Part shown: in pieces, positions 14,821 to 24,563 of the stretch | How the letters are laid out: each line of letters starts with the position of its first letter | How positions within the stretch are numbered: the first letter of the stretch is position 1 | Origin: an uncultured Actinomycetes bacterium | Lineage (GTDB): Bacteria > Actinomycetota > Geothermincolia > Geothermincolales > RBG-13-55-18 | Assembly: GCA_937128055.1 (NCBI GenBank) | Contig: CAKZMC010000198.1 | Span: forward strand, 1 to 54,408 | DNA length: 54,408 nucleotides | Reading direction: 5' to 3' | The notes under the pieces: generated by a model | Seen by the model: the letters and a program-made list of their open reading frames with translations, nothing else | What the model was told of the DNA's origin: nothing | Database searches by the model: none | Made by a program: the position numbers and the translations under genes

Positions 14821-16956
14821 TCAGTGGGCGGCGATGCGGAAGGAGCCTTCGAGGCGCAGGTCTTCGGGGCGGGAAGAGGGTCCCGCGAAGACGTGGTAAG
14901 TCGTTTCCTCCACCTCCCAGCGGCCCTTCTCCGCATCGTAATACGCCAGGTCGTTGCCCTTGAGGGTGAAAGATACGCTGCGGGATTCGCCCGGCGCGAG
15001 GCTTACGCGGGCGAAGCCCTTGAGCTCCTTCACCGGGCGCTCCACCCGGGAGGAGGGGTATCCCACGTAAAGCTGGGCCACCTCCTCGCCGGCCATGCCG
15101 CCCGTGTTTGCGATCTCGACTTCCACCTGGAGGGTTCCCTCCGGCGGTATCTCCTCCGCATTCAGGCGCAGGCCGCGGTACTCGTAGGTGGTGTAGCTGA
15201 GCCCGAAACCGAAGGCGAAGGCGGGACACGTACCCTCCCTGTCGAGGAGGCGGTAGCCGTGATAATAGCCGTAGTCGATGCTCGCCGCCTTCCTGTCGAA
15301 GTGGGGGAGCTGCCCGTTGTTCTCCGGGAAGGTCACGGGGAGCTTCCCGCTGGGATTGGCGTCCCCGAAGATGACCTCGGCCACTGCGTTGCCGCCCTCC
15401 ATTCCCGGGTACCATGCAACCAGGATGGCCTCCACCGCATCCCGCCAGCCGGAGGTGAGCAGGGCGGATCCTCCCTCCAGGACCACGACGCAGCGTTTGC
15501 TTTCCCTGGAAACTGCTTCCAGTAGTTCCACGTCCACCGGGCGCAGCGCGAGGTCCTCGCGGTCGCCGCCCACTTTGAGGGGGCCCGGCATGGCCTCCCC
15601 CTCGTTCCGGAAAGTAAGCCCCACCACCAACACGCACGCGTCCGCTTCCCGGGCAGCGCGGCGGGCTGCGGCGATATCCTTCCCGTCACAGTGTTCCACG
15701 CGCACGCTGTCGCCGGCACGGTCGCGCAGCCCCTGCAGCACGGTCACCGCGTAAGGGGGGCGCACGCGGCTGGAACCGTGGTCTCCCAGGTTTGCCAGGT
15801 CCGCCAGCCGCCCGATGACCGCCAGCTTTCCCACCTCTCCGCGCCGCAGGGGGAGGGCGCCATTCTCGTTTTTCAGCAGCACTATCGATTTGCGGGCTGC
15901 TTCCCGCGCCAGGGCCACGTGTTCCGGGCAGGCCACCCTGTGAGTGCCGTAGTCCTCCCCCGTGCCCACGTTCGCGAAGCGGGCTTTCTGTCGCAGTATC
16001 CTGACAACCGCCTCGTCCACCACGTGTTCCGGCACCCTGCCTTCCCGCACCGCCCTGCGCAACCTCCTTCCGAAGTGGAAAGCATGCGGCATCTCGATGT
16101 CCAGCCCTCCCAGGGCCGCCTTCACCGTGTCGCGCGTTCCCAGGACGAAGTCGGACATCACCAGCCCCCGGAAGCCCCATTCTCCCTTGAGGATAGCGCG
16201 CAGCAGGTGGGAGTTGTGGGCGCAGTACTCCCCGTTGACCCGGTTGTAGGCGCTCATGACGGCGGCCACGCCCTCATCCACGCAGCGCTTGAAATGGGGG
16301 AGATAGAGCTCGCGCAGGGCGCGCTCGTCGATGCGCACGTCCACATAGAAGCGCGATTCCTCGATGCTGTTGCAGGCGAAGTGCTTGACACACGCCATGA
16401 CGTGCTTCTGCAGGCCTCGCACCGAAGCGGCGCCCATCTCGCCCAGGAGATAGGGGTCCTCGCCGTAGGTTTCCTGTGCGCGTCCCCATCCCGGGTGGCG
16501 CAATAGATTGATGCACACCGCGGCGAGGAAATCGGCCCCCAGGGAGCGCGCTTCCGCTCCCATGGCCTCGCCGACGCGCTCCTCGAGCGCGGTGTCCCAC
16601 GTGGCGCCGCGGGCCATGGAGACGGGAAAGCAGGTGCAACGGCCGAGGGCCACGCCGCGCGGCCCGTCGGTGAAACGGATGGGGGGAATTCCCAGGCGGC
16701 GGTTTGCCCCGCTGCGAAAGGGGTGGTAATTGTACCTCGCGAGGGAAAGCAACATCTCCCACGGCTTCATGCGCCCCGCCATCTGGCGCGTCTTCTCGCG
16801 CAGTCTCATGCCCGCCGCCAGCTCGCGCAGAAGGCCTTCCCTCGCCTCGCCCCCCGCCCTCACCACCGCGTCCCAGGAAAGGGGAGGAGTTGATGCGGCG
16901 TTGCCCGCCTTGCGGGTTGCGCTGCGGGCGTGGAGCAGCCGTTTGACCATGCGCAT
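14821..16956 (-). CDS. Glycoside hydrolase family 3 (beta-glucosidase / BglX-like)
   Basis: 711-aa ORF with GH3 N- and C-terminal domains (GLVMSDF nucleophile region) and an Fn3-like C-terminal domain. The second ATG at 16950 has better GGGGAG spacing, so the start is 16956 or 16950. Confidence 0.88.
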   Translation of the reverse strand: MRMVKRLLHARSATRKAGNAASTPPLSWDAVVRAGGEAREGLLRELAAGMRLREKTRQMAGRMKPWEMLLSLARYNYHPFRSGANRRLGIPPIRFTDGPRGVALGRCTCFPVSMARGATWDTALEERVGEAMGAEARSLGADFLAAVCINLLRHPGWGRAQETYGEDPYLLGEMGAASVRGLQKHVMACVKHFACNSIEESRFYVDVRIDERALRELYLPHFKRCVDEGVAAVMSAYNRVNGEYCAHNSHLLRAILKGEWGFRGLVMSDFVLGTRDTVKAALGGLDIEMPHAFHFGRRLRRAVREGRVPEHVVDEAVVRILRQKARFANVGTGEDYGTHRVACPEHVALAREAARKSIVLLKNENGALPLRRGEVGKLAVIGRLADLANLGDHGSSRVRPPYAVTVLQGLRDRAGDSVRVEHCDGKDIAAARRAAREADACVLVVGLTFRNEGEAMPGPLKVGGDREDLALRPVDVELLEAVSRESKRCVVVLEGGSALLTSGWRDAVEAILVAWYPGMEGGNAVAEVIFGDANPSGKLPVTFPENNGQLPHFDRKAASIDYGYYHGYRLLDREGTCPAFAFGFGLSYTTYEYRGLRLNAEEIPPEGTLQVEVEIANTGGMAGEEVAQLYVGYPSSRVERPVKELKGFARVSLAPGESRSVSFTLKGNDLAYYDAEKGRWEVEETTYHVFAGPSSRPEDLRLEGSFRIAAH

Positions 16957-17255
16957 CTCCCCGGGAAAGAGCGCCGCATGCCTTGCGACAATCGTTCACC
17001 CCATGGGAGGGCGCCCTCTCCGCGAGGCGCCCTCTCCGGTTTCCATGATAGCACGGCGGGGGAGATGCTCGCCCGGTCTGCCGCCCGGTCAAACGCCGGC
17101 TTCGAAGAGCCTGCCCGTCCGGACGTAATCCACCGCAACGTGCCCATTTCCGCAAGGGATGTATTCTTTTTACCGTTGACGCCCGACTCCCAGTAATGCA
17201 GGGAAAATAACGGCCAAACGAGGATGGGGAAGGTTCACTTTTACTAAAATAAAAC

Positions 17256-17285
17256 TTGACATATTTAAGACACTGCGAATAAAAT
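17256..17285 (+). promoter_or_regulatory. Candidate sigma70-type promoter for the mutase operon
   Basis: TTGACA (17256-17261), 18-nt spacer, TAAAAT (17280-17285), inside an AT-rich island about 60 nt upstream of the ATG at 17345. Confidence 0.5.
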
Positions 17286-17344
17286 AACACCAGGCTATCT
17301 ACAATCAGCTATGGGAGGAATCTAGCAGGGAGGGGGCTGTCGTC

Positions 17345-19033
17345 ATGTTCAAGGACGAGCAACTTTCATCCATCGCCAAAGTCCGTGAGGAATGGGAGCT
17401 CACCGTTCTCCGCCCCATCATGGAGAGGTGGCCGGAGCGCAAGGAAGAGTTCCTCACCCAGTCCGGGCACCCCGTGAAAAGGGTCTACACGCCGGAGGAC
17501 ATCGCCGACAAGGATTACGTGCGGGACATCAGTTTCCCGGGCTGGTACCCGTTCACGCGAGGCGTCTTTCCCACCGGTTACCGTGCCAGCCTATGGACCC
17601 GTCGCCTCATCACCGGGCTGGCTACCCCCGAGGAGACCAACAAGCGCCTGAAGTATCTCATCGAACAGGGGCAGACGGGTCTCAACATAATCTTCGACAA
17701 CCCCACCACCAATTGCCTGGACTCCGACAACCCTTTGTGCGAGGGCGAAGTAGGGAGGGACGGGGTTCCTTGCGACACGCTGCGAGACGTGGAGGTGATC
17801 ATGGACGGCATCGACATGCGCCAGGTCTCCACCTCCATCATCCATTCCGGTCCCTTCATCCTCTCCATGTACCTGGCGTTGGCGGAAAAGAGAGGCGTCC
17901 CCTTCGGCGAGCTCAGGGGCACGCTGCAGAACGACGTCCTCAGCCAGTATTACACGGTGAACATGTCCGTGCTCGGCCTGCGCGACGGCTTCCGCCTCTC
18001 CGCCGACGTGGTGGAGTACTGCCGCAAGCACGTTCCCCGCTGGAATCCCATAAGCTTCGTGGGCTACCAGATAAGGGAGGCGGGCAGCACCGCGGCGCAG
18101 GAGATCGCCTTCGCCATCGGCAGCGCCGTCGCGTACAGCGAGGAACTGGTGGGCCGGGGCATGGACGTGGACGACTTCGCAACCCGCCTGTCCTTCATGT
18201 TCAATTGCCACAACGATTTCTTCGAGGAGATATGTAAGCTGCGCGCGGCGAGGCGCCTCTGGGCGCGCATCATGAAGGAGCGCTTCGGGGCCCGGAACCC
18301 GCTCTCATGGCTGCTGCGCTTCCACGTGCAGACGGCGGGGAGTTCCCTCACCGCCCAACAGCCCATCAACAACATCATCCGCACCACCATCCAGGCCATG
18401 GCCGCGGTGCTGGGAGGCACCAACTCACTACACACCAACTCCATGGACGAGTGTTACGCACTGCCCTCCGAGTATGCCGCCCGCACCGCGCTCCGTACGC
18501 AGCAGATCATCGCCTACGAGAGCGGGGTGGCGAACACCGTGGATCCCCTTGCCGGGTCATACTTCGTGGAAAGGCTAACCGACGATATCGAGGAGGAAGC
18601 GCGCGAGATACTGCGCAAGATAGATGAAATGGGCGGCATGGTCGCAGCCCTGGAGGCGGGATGGGTGCAGAGGGAGATCGTGCGTTCCGCGAACGAGTAT
18701 CACCGCAAGATGAGGGATGGCGAGATAACCGTGGTGGGCGTCAATGCCTTCACCGAGGAGGGGGACGAGGAGGTCCCCCTGGAGATACTGCGTATCGATC
18801 CCGCGCACGAGGCCCATCAGGTGAAGATGCTCAGGGAGGTCAGGGAAAGACGGGACGAGCAAGCCCTGCGCAGGGCGCTGGATAAGGTGAAGGAGGATGC
18901 GTCTGCCCACCGCAACATCGTGCCCTCCTGCATAGAGGCGGCAAAGGCCTATGCCTCGATAGAGGAGATAAGCGGGGCTATGAAGGAAGCCCTGGGCGCG
19001 GGGAAGGAGAGCAAGGACGCCTTCATCTGTTGA
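17345..19033 (+). CDS. Acyl-CoA mutase large (catalytic TIM-barrel) subunit, methylmalonyl-CoA mutase family
   Basis: 562-aa ORF with family-typical blocks (FPGWYPFTRG, LWTRRLITGLATPEETN, RFHVQTAGSSLTAQQP.NN). Confidence 0.88.
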   Translation: MFKDEQLSSIAKVREEWELTVLRPIMERWPERKEEFLTQSGHPVKRVYTPEDIADKDYVRDISFPGWYPFTRGVFPTGYRASLWTRRLITGLATPEETNKRLKYLIEQGQTGLNIIFDNPTTNCLDSDNPLCEGEVGRDGVPCDTLRDVEVIMDGIDMRQVSTSIIHSGPFILSMYLALAEKRGVPFGELRGTLQNDVLSQYYTVNMSVLGLRDGFRLSADVVEYCRKHVPRWNPISFVGYQIREAGSTAAQEIAFAIGSAVAYSEELVGRGMDVDDFATRLSFMFNCHNDFFEEICKLRAARRLWARIMKERFGARNPLSWLLRFHVQTAGSSLTAQQPINNIIRTTIQAMAAVLGGTNSLHTNSMDECYALPSEYAARTALRTQQIIAYESGVANTVDPLAGSYFVERLTDDIEEEAREILRKIDEMGGMVAALEAGWVQREIVRSANEYHRKMRDGEITVVGVNAFTEEGDEEVPLEILRIDPAHEAHQVKMLREVRERRDEQALRRALDKVKEDASAHRNIVPSCIEAAKAYASIEEISGAMKEALGAGKESKDAFIC

Positions 19034-19102
19034 TGAGGGGGGCGCAGCGGCGAGGGAGGAAGGGGCGGTTTGCGGACTGTGGCTTAGGAGTGGAGGTGAA
19101 CG

Positions 19103-19519
19103 ATGGCGGAGAAACGTCCCACCAAGGTGTTGCTGGCCAAGGCAGGCCTCGACGGCCACAACCGCGGCATCCAGCTCGTGGGAAAGGCCTTGCGGGACGC
19201 CGGCATGGAGGTGGTCTACGGGGGTCTGCGCATCACCCCGGAAGAGGTGGTGGAGATGTCTATCCAGGAGGATGTGGACGTGGTGGGCATCAGCATCTTC
19301 TCCGGCGGGCTCATGACCATCATCCCTAAGATTTTCCGGGCATTGCAGGAAAACGAATCGACCCGGAGCATTCCCATGGTGGTGGGAGGCATCCTGCCCC
19401 CACACGAGGCCGAAGAATTGCAGTCCATGGGCATCAGCGGGGTCTTCGGACCCGGGAGCGACCTCGAGGAGATCGTGGGTTTCATAAGGCAGTTGGTGGA
19501 TTCTCAAGGGAGAGGCTAA
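19103..19519 (+). CDS. Acyl-CoA mutase small subunit (cobalamin-binding domain)
   Basis: 138-aa ORF with the B12-binding DxHxxG motif (LDGHNRG) and downstream GG motif. GGAGTGGAGG RBS. Confidence 0.88.
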   Translation: MAEKRPTKVLLAKAGLDGHNRGIQLVGKALRDAGMEVVYGGLRITPEEVVEMSIQEDVDVVGISIFSGGLMTIIPKIFRALQENESTRSIPMVVGGILPPHEAEELQSMGISGVFGPGSDLEEIVGFIRQLVDSQGRG

Positions 19520-19860
19520 GCCCCTCCTTGACCCTCCCCAAGACATTTCCGCGGTCAGGCCTTTTATTGCTCCTTCTTCCAGGCCGGGCCGGGGGATAGG
19601 GCTCGCTCCGCGACGCGCGGCCCCGCGTGATCACTTCCCTCTTCCGCAAGGCATGCCTTATCGCTGCCTCTGCCCCCGCGACATGGCCGGGCAGGAAACC
19701 GCTTGCGATGTCGCTCGCCCTACCCCCGGTCCCGGCCTGGCGTGATCCCTATAAAGCTCCGCGGAGAGGGCCCGGACATGTCCTCGAAAGACATGGACGG
19801 GGCCTCTCCTTTCCCGCCCCCCAGTCGGACATCTCCCGAGGTAGCCCCTTCAATCTCCGG

Positions 19861-20093
19861 GAGGGGTTGTCCGGGGATGAGGTGCGTCTCGGCCCTCTGG
19901 GCGGGCATTCGCCGCACCCATCCCCCGCAAGGTAGACATATCCTGGGGTCAAACCGCGTTTATGTCTGAGAGGGGTTGTTCCTGGGGATGAGGTGCGTCT
20001 CGGCCCTCTTGACGGGCCTTCGCCGCACCCATCCCCCGCAAGCGAGGAATCTATCCTTCTTCCGGCAAGGAGCCTTGGGGTAACGGTCTCGCT
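19861..20093 (+). repeat. Structured intergenic repeat, copy 2 (tandem: hairpin 2 - hairpin 1 - hairpin 2 - tail)
   Basis: GGGGATGAGGTGCGTCTCGGCCCTCT.G.CGGGC.TTCGCCGCACCCATCCCCCGCAAG occurs twice (19873-19932 and 19984-20043), flanking AGACATATCCTGGGGTCAAACCGCGTTTATGTCT. More degenerate copies lie at 19520-19860. Confidence 0.9.
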
Positions 20094-20310
20094 AGGCGCC
20101 ACCCGCCTCGCTTAAAGGAAGGAACGCCCAGAAAGGCGACCTCGCTGCGACAAACACTATAGTTCTCCGCACAAGCTGGGTGGAGATCCGGAATTCTTCA
20201 AAGCCGAAAAATGGTGCTGGATATATCGGTTGCCAGCAAGGGAGGTAAAAAATAGTACATATCGATTTACATGGTGAAGGGGGAATAAGAACTTGTATAC
20301 TCCTGGATAC

Positions 20311-20370
20311 GAGGAAAGGGAAAAGGAGAGGGAGAGGGAGAGGGAAGGAAAGAGAAGGAAAAGGAAAGGG
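20311..20370 (+). repeat. 60-nt uninterrupted polypurine tract
   Basis: GAGGAAAGGGAAAAGGAGAGGGAGAGGGAGAGGGAAGGAAAGAGAAGGAAAAGGAAAGGG contains only A/G, with GAGGGA iterated. It lies 40 nt upstream of the hydrolase ORF. Confidence 0.95.
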
Positions 20371-20410
20371 CTTCGGGGGATCATACGCGAAAGCGGAAGA
20401 TCAACATGTA

Positions 20411-21352
20411 ATGGAGAAAGGCAGGCGGATGAAGGGGTCGAGAGGCAAGGCGGAAAGCAGGGCAGGACAGGGGACGGGAGGCGAGGTGCGAAAAAGGATC
20501 GCAAGCGGTGCCAGGGCAGCCGTGGCGTCGTTGCTTGCGGGCGGGATGGCCGCCGCTGTCGTAAAACGCTTTCGCGCTTGGAGGGAAAAGGTGATGCCGC
20601 GGCGCGATCCCCTGCTTCCCTGGGAAGGTTACAGCCTGTGCTCGCGCGACGGCACGAGGATCGCCGTTCGCCGGATAGGCGGCGGAAAACAGGGAGCGCT
20701 TATCGTCGCCCACCCCGCGGTGACCGGACAGCGCTACGCTCCCCTGGTGGACCTGGCGGAGATGCTCGCCGCGCACTTCGACGTCTATACCTTCGATTTC
20801 CGCGGCCACGGGGACAGCAGCGGCATCCTTGGCCTGGGTTTGGCGGGGCCCCTGCAGGACATGGAAACGGTGGTCGACCACGTGCGTGAGAAGGGATATG
20901 CATGGTTGGGGGCGGTGGGCTTTTCTCTGGGAGGCATGACCTCACTGGTGCACGCGGCCCTGCGGCCCGGCCTGGATGCGGTGGCCTCGGTGAGCGCCCC
21001 TCCGGCGCTGCCGGACATAGAGCCCTACCGCCGCTGGCTGCCCGCCTGGTTCCTCTTCCTACGGTTGCTGGGGGCGCGTTTCTCGGCCGTCCCCGAGGGG
21101 GGGCCGCTGCCGATTGACGTGGCGGAGGGTTTCCCGCCCCTGCCGCTGCTCGTGGTGCACGGGGAAAGGGAGGCCTTCTATTCCCGCCGCGACCTTGAGA
21201 TGATGCTGGAAAAGCTCGGGGACAGGGCCGAGTTTTGGGAAATCCCGGAAGCCGGACATACGGAACTGGCGGGGCGGGAGCTCGACCTGGTAAGGTGGTT
21301 GGTGGAAAGATCCGCCACAAGCCAGGCTGGTTCGCCCGCGCGGAACGCGTGA
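20411..21352 (+). CDS. Alpha/beta hydrolase with basic N-terminal tail and one hydrophobic segment
   Basis: 313-aa ORF. Nucleophile elbow GFSLGG, C-terminal ...EAGHTEL histidine region. True start uncertain (20411, or the internal Met before PRRDPLLPWEG). Confidence 0.75.
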   Translation: MEKGRRMKGSRGKAESRAGQGTGGEVRKRIASGARAAVASLLAGGMAAAVVKRFRAWREKVMPRRDPLLPWEGYSLCSRDGTRIAVRRIGGGKQGALIVAHPAVTGQRYAPLVDLAEMLAAHFDVYTFDFRGHGDSSGILGLGLAGPLQDMETVVDHVREKGYAWLGAVGFSLGGMTSLVHAALRPGLDAVASVSAPPALPDIEPYRRWLPAWFLFLRLLGARFSAVPEGGPLPIDVAEGFPPLPLLVVHGEREAFYSRRDLEMMLEKLGDRAEFWEIPEAGHTELAGRELDLVRWLVERSATSQAGSPARNA

Positions 21353-21506
21353 TCCTCTTGCGCCGCGTCCCCGGGCGCGAGATTGGCCTTGGAGCTGGAT
21401 TCGCTGGTAATATTGGTGATGTACCCGTGGAAGATGCCCTTGCCAGGAGGGAAGCGCGGGCGCCCCGCGAGGAGAGCGGCGGCCGGCAGGCGGGGCGAGG
21501 GGCGCA

Positions 21507-21896
21507 GTGGATCGAGGGCGCCTGGAGGTGATGGAGGTGTTTCTGGAAAAGCCTTGGGGGAACATCAAGGCCTATGCCCTGAACCAGCCCTGCACGGTAA
21601 AACTCATCACCGTCGAGCCGGAACAGGAAACCAGCCTCCACTACCATAAGTTGCGCGATGACTTGTGGATCATCCTGGACGAGGGGCTCGAGGTCACCAT
21701 AGAAGGGGAGACCTTCTTGCCCCGCGAGGGGGAGGAATTCATGATCCCCGCCGAGAAAAGACACAAGATACGTTCCCTGGCAAAAAGAGGAAGGGTGCTG
21801 GAGATCGACATCGGCTTCACCAGCGAGGACGATACCTACCGCATCACAGACCTTTACGGAAGGGAACTGGTGGAGAAAGAGGAGACGGAGCTCTGA
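21507..21896 (+). CDS. Cupin-domain protein (type II phosphomannose isomerase C-terminal-like)
   Basis: 129-aa ORF (GTG start). EKPWG...VKLITVEPEQETSLHYHKLRDDLWIILDEG...IPAEKRHKI is a cupin two-motif pattern. Confidence 0.7.
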   Translation: MDRGRLEVMEVFLEKPWGNIKAYALNQPCTVKLITVEPEQETSLHYHKLRDDLWIILDEGLEVTIEGETFLPREGEEFMIPAEKRHKIRSLAKRGRVLEIDIGFTSEDDTYRITDLYGRELVEKEETEL

Positions 21897-21920
21897 AGCT
21901 TCGCGAAGGAGTGTAGGGAG

Positions 21921-22799
21921 ATGCTGAAGTTTGTCATACCCAAGGGAAGCCTGGAGGCGACCACTTTGGAGATCCTCAAAGACGCTGACCTGGCCGTGCG
22001 GCGCAGCGGTGACCGTGAGTACCATGCCGATATCGATGACCCGCGCATCGAGCAGGTGCGCATACTCCGCCCGCAGGAGATACCCAAGTACGTGGAGGAC
22101 GGCTTCTTCGACCTGGGAATAACCGGCTATGATTGGATCTGCGAGTCCGGGGCGCGGGTGGTGGAGCTGGCGGACCTGCCCTACACCAAGACCGCCGTGG
22201 GCACCGTGGTCAGGGTGGTCCTGGCGGTGGCCGGCGACTCGCCTTACCAGAGCCCGAGCGATCTCCCGGACGGGGTTAGGGTATCCACGGAATATCCCAA
22301 CCTGGTGGAGGAGTATTTTCGCCGCCTGGGCAAGCGCGCCGCTATCTACCTCTCCTACGGGGCGACGGAGGCCAAGGTTCCCGAGATGGCCGACGCGGTG
22401 GTGGAGCTGACCGAGACGGGGGGCACCTTGCGCAAGCACGGGCTGCGCATAATCGACACGGTGCTCGAGTCGACCACGCGCCTCATCGCCAACGAGGAGA
22501 GCTACACCGACGTGGAGAAAAGGCGCCTCATGGAGGAGATAAGGCTCCTCATACTGGGAGCCATGAACGCCCGCGGCAAGGTACTCATAAAGTTCAACGT
22601 CAGCAAGAAGAACCTCGATGCCGTGGTGGCGGTGCTGCCCTCCATGAAGGCTCCCACTCTCTCCCGCCTGTTCGGCCAGGATTATTACGCGGTGGAGAGC
22701 GTGGTGGAGAAGAAGGGCATAAACCTGCTCATCCCGGAGTTGGTGAAGCGGGGCGCCGAGGACATCATCGAGCTGCTCATCGCCAAGATCATCACTTAG
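21921..22799 (+). CDS. hisG: ATP phosphoribosyltransferase, long form (with C-terminal regulatory domain)
   Basis: 292-aa ORF. MLKFVIPKGSLEATTLEIL..., RPQEIPKYVEDGFFDLGITG, ETGGTLR. A HisG_C-like tail is present. Confidence 0.9.
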   Translation: MLKFVIPKGSLEATTLEILKDADLAVRRSGDREYHADIDDPRIEQVRILRPQEIPKYVEDGFFDLGITGYDWICESGARVVELADLPYTKTAVGTVVRVVLAVAGDSPYQSPSDLPDGVRVSTEYPNLVEEYFRRLGKRAAIYLSYGATEAKVPEMADAVVELTETGGTLRKHGLRIIDTVLESTTRLIANEESYTDVEKRRLMEEIRLLILGAMNARGKVLIKFNVSKKNLDAVVAVLPSMKAPTLSRLFGQDYYAVESVVEKKGINLLIPELVKRGAEDIIELLIAKIIT

Positions 22800-22813
22800 G
22801 GGGCGTAAGGGAG

Positions 22814-23779
22814 ATGGCGACGCTGCAGGAAAGGGTGGGCGAACTGCTGGAAAAGTGGCGGGATGAAATCCAGCGCTTGCCGGTGCCAGCCCACGTGCAG
22901 GTGGTGGACGGCGAGCCTGGGGAGCTCCTGCACCGGCTGGCCTCCGCCCTGCTCGTGGTGGCGGAGGACCCGGAGGCCGCTGCCCCCTTTCAGCCGGGAG
23001 GGGAGGTTTATCGCGACGCCGAGGAGCTGGGTCGCTTGCGGAGGCAACAGGGGTTCTCCATGGAGCTGCTGGTCCAGGAACACGTGATCATGCGCAACGA
23101 GTTCTGGAATCTCTTCCACGAGTCTGTGGAGATGAAGCGCGTGGTCGATTATCAACTGGAGAAGAGGGTGAACGGGTGCTGTGACCTGCTGCTGCAGGCG
23201 GCGGCCTCCGCCTATCATTATCAGAGCTCCAAGGAGATCATGGAAAATCCCCTGCGGGACCCGCTCACCGGTCTTTACAACCAGAGCTACTTCCAGGGCC
23301 GTATGATGGAGGAACTGCGCCGTTCTGTGCGCTACAAGCATGACATCACCCTGGTGCTCGTGGAGCTTGGCAATTATTTCCAATTAATGGAGAGCGAGGG
23401 GGGCGAGGCGACGGAGAGGGCTCTCAAGTACATCGGCCATTGCCTTTTCCGCATGACCAGGGATTGCGACGTGGTGGCCCGCCTGGGCGAAGGAAGCTTC
23501 GCCGCCCTGCTCCCGGAGACAGGCTGGCGGGGCGGCAAGATCATGGCGGAGCGCCTGTGCCGCTACTTGCAGCGCGAGCTGCACGCGCTGTTCGCGGGGG
23601 AAGCGCACCCGGAGCTTTACTGGGGGGTGGCGTCCTTTCCCGACGAGGTGCGCTTGCCGGAGAGGCTCTACCCGTGCGCGGTGGAAGCCATGAGGGTTTC
23701 CCGCTCCCTCGCTGCCGGGGATATAGCGGTGTACAAGAGTCCCGAGACGGGGGGACACGAGGCGGGAGGAGGCGCCTGA
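22814..23779 (+). CDS. GGDEF-domain protein with degenerate active site (GEGSF) and retained RxxD I-site
   Basis: 321-aa ORF. DPLTGLYNQSYF...LVLVELGNYF..., then RDCD-VVARL-GEGSF in place of RxxD-x5-GG(D/E)EF. Confidence 0.8.
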   Translation: MATLQERVGELLEKWRDEIQRLPVPAHVQVVDGEPGELLHRLASALLVVAEDPEAAAPFQPGGEVYRDAEELGRLRRQQGFSMELLVQEHVIMRNEFWNLFHESVEMKRVVDYQLEKRVNGCCDLLLQAAASAYHYQSSKEIMENPLRDPLTGLYNQSYFQGRMMEELRRSVRYKHDITLVLVELGNYFQLMESEGGEATERALKYIGHCLFRMTRDCDVVARLGEGSFAALLPETGWRGGKIMAERLCRYLQRELHALFAGEAHPELYWGVASFPDEVRLPERLYPCAVEAMRVSRSLAAGDIAVYKSPETGGHEAGGGA

Positions 23780-23780
23780 A

Positions 23781-24563
23781 TTGGCGGTGAGGCTTGTCTC
23801 TGACCTGCACGGGCGCTTCGCGGACCTGCCCTCGGCGGTGATACCAGGGGATACCCTCATGGTGCTGGGAGACATCCTTGACCTCATCGACTGGGCGGAC
23901 ATAAGCGGCATCCTCCCGGAGGTGGTCGGGCGGGAGAGGCTGGTGGAGAAGTTGCTTGCCGCGGCCAGGGAGGGGCCCCAGGCGGCCGTGGCCCTACGGG
24001 ACGAGATAATGTCGCCGCAGGGCGAATATTTCCAGGAGTTGCTGGCGCATTCGCGCGAGCAGTACCAGCGTTTCGCCGAGGTGCTGGGGGAAATGGATGG
24101 AAAGGTGTACGTGCTCTACGGAAACGGTGACATCCCGCAGCTCCTCGCGGAAGCGATCGAAGGCCTGGGGAACGCCGAGCTGGCGGAAGGCAGAAGGGAT
24201 ATAGACGGCCACACCTTCGGCTTCGTGTGCGGCGCGGTTTACTCTCCTTTCAGGATGCCCGCGGAGATGGACGACGCCTCTTACGGGGAACGCCTGCAGG
24301 AGCTGGGGCGGGTGGACGTGCTGTGCACGCACATCCCTCCCCGAGTGGAGGAGGCGGTCTTCGACGTGGTGGCGGGGAGGCCGGTGGAGGGTAGCGAAAC
24401 GCTGCTGCGCTACCTGGAGGAGAACCGCCCCGCCTTTCATTACCATGGCCACGTGCACCAGCCTGCCCAGCGGGAATTACGCCTGGGAGACACGAGAGTG
24501 ATAAACGTGGGATATTACAAGAGGGAGGGATACATTCACCTGCACACATGGATTTCGACGTAA
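23781..24563 (+). CDS. Metallophosphoesterase (calcineurin-like)
   Basis: 260-aa ORF. SDLHG, GDILD and GHVH motif series. TTG (23781) or GTG (23787) start one nt after the preceding stop. Confidence 0.75.
   Translation: MAVRLVSDLHGRFADLPSAVIPGDTLMVLGDILDLIDWADISGILPEVVGRERLVEKLLAAAREGPQAAVALRDEIMSPQGEYFQELLAHSREQYQRFAEVLGEMDGKVYVLYGNGDIPQLLAEAIEGLGNAELAEGRRDIDGHTFGFVCGAVYSPFRMPAEMDDASYGERLQELGRVDVLCTHIPPRVEEAVFDVVAGRPVEGSETLLRYLEENRPAFHYHGHVHQPAQRELRLGDTRVINVGYYKREGYIHLHTWIST

Noticed and set aside
20157-20504. 115-aa minus-strand ORF rich in Leu/Ser/Phe/Pro.
   Set aside because: It is the translation of the polypyrimidine complement of the 60-nt purine tract and flanking AT-rich DNA. It has no start context and no domain features.
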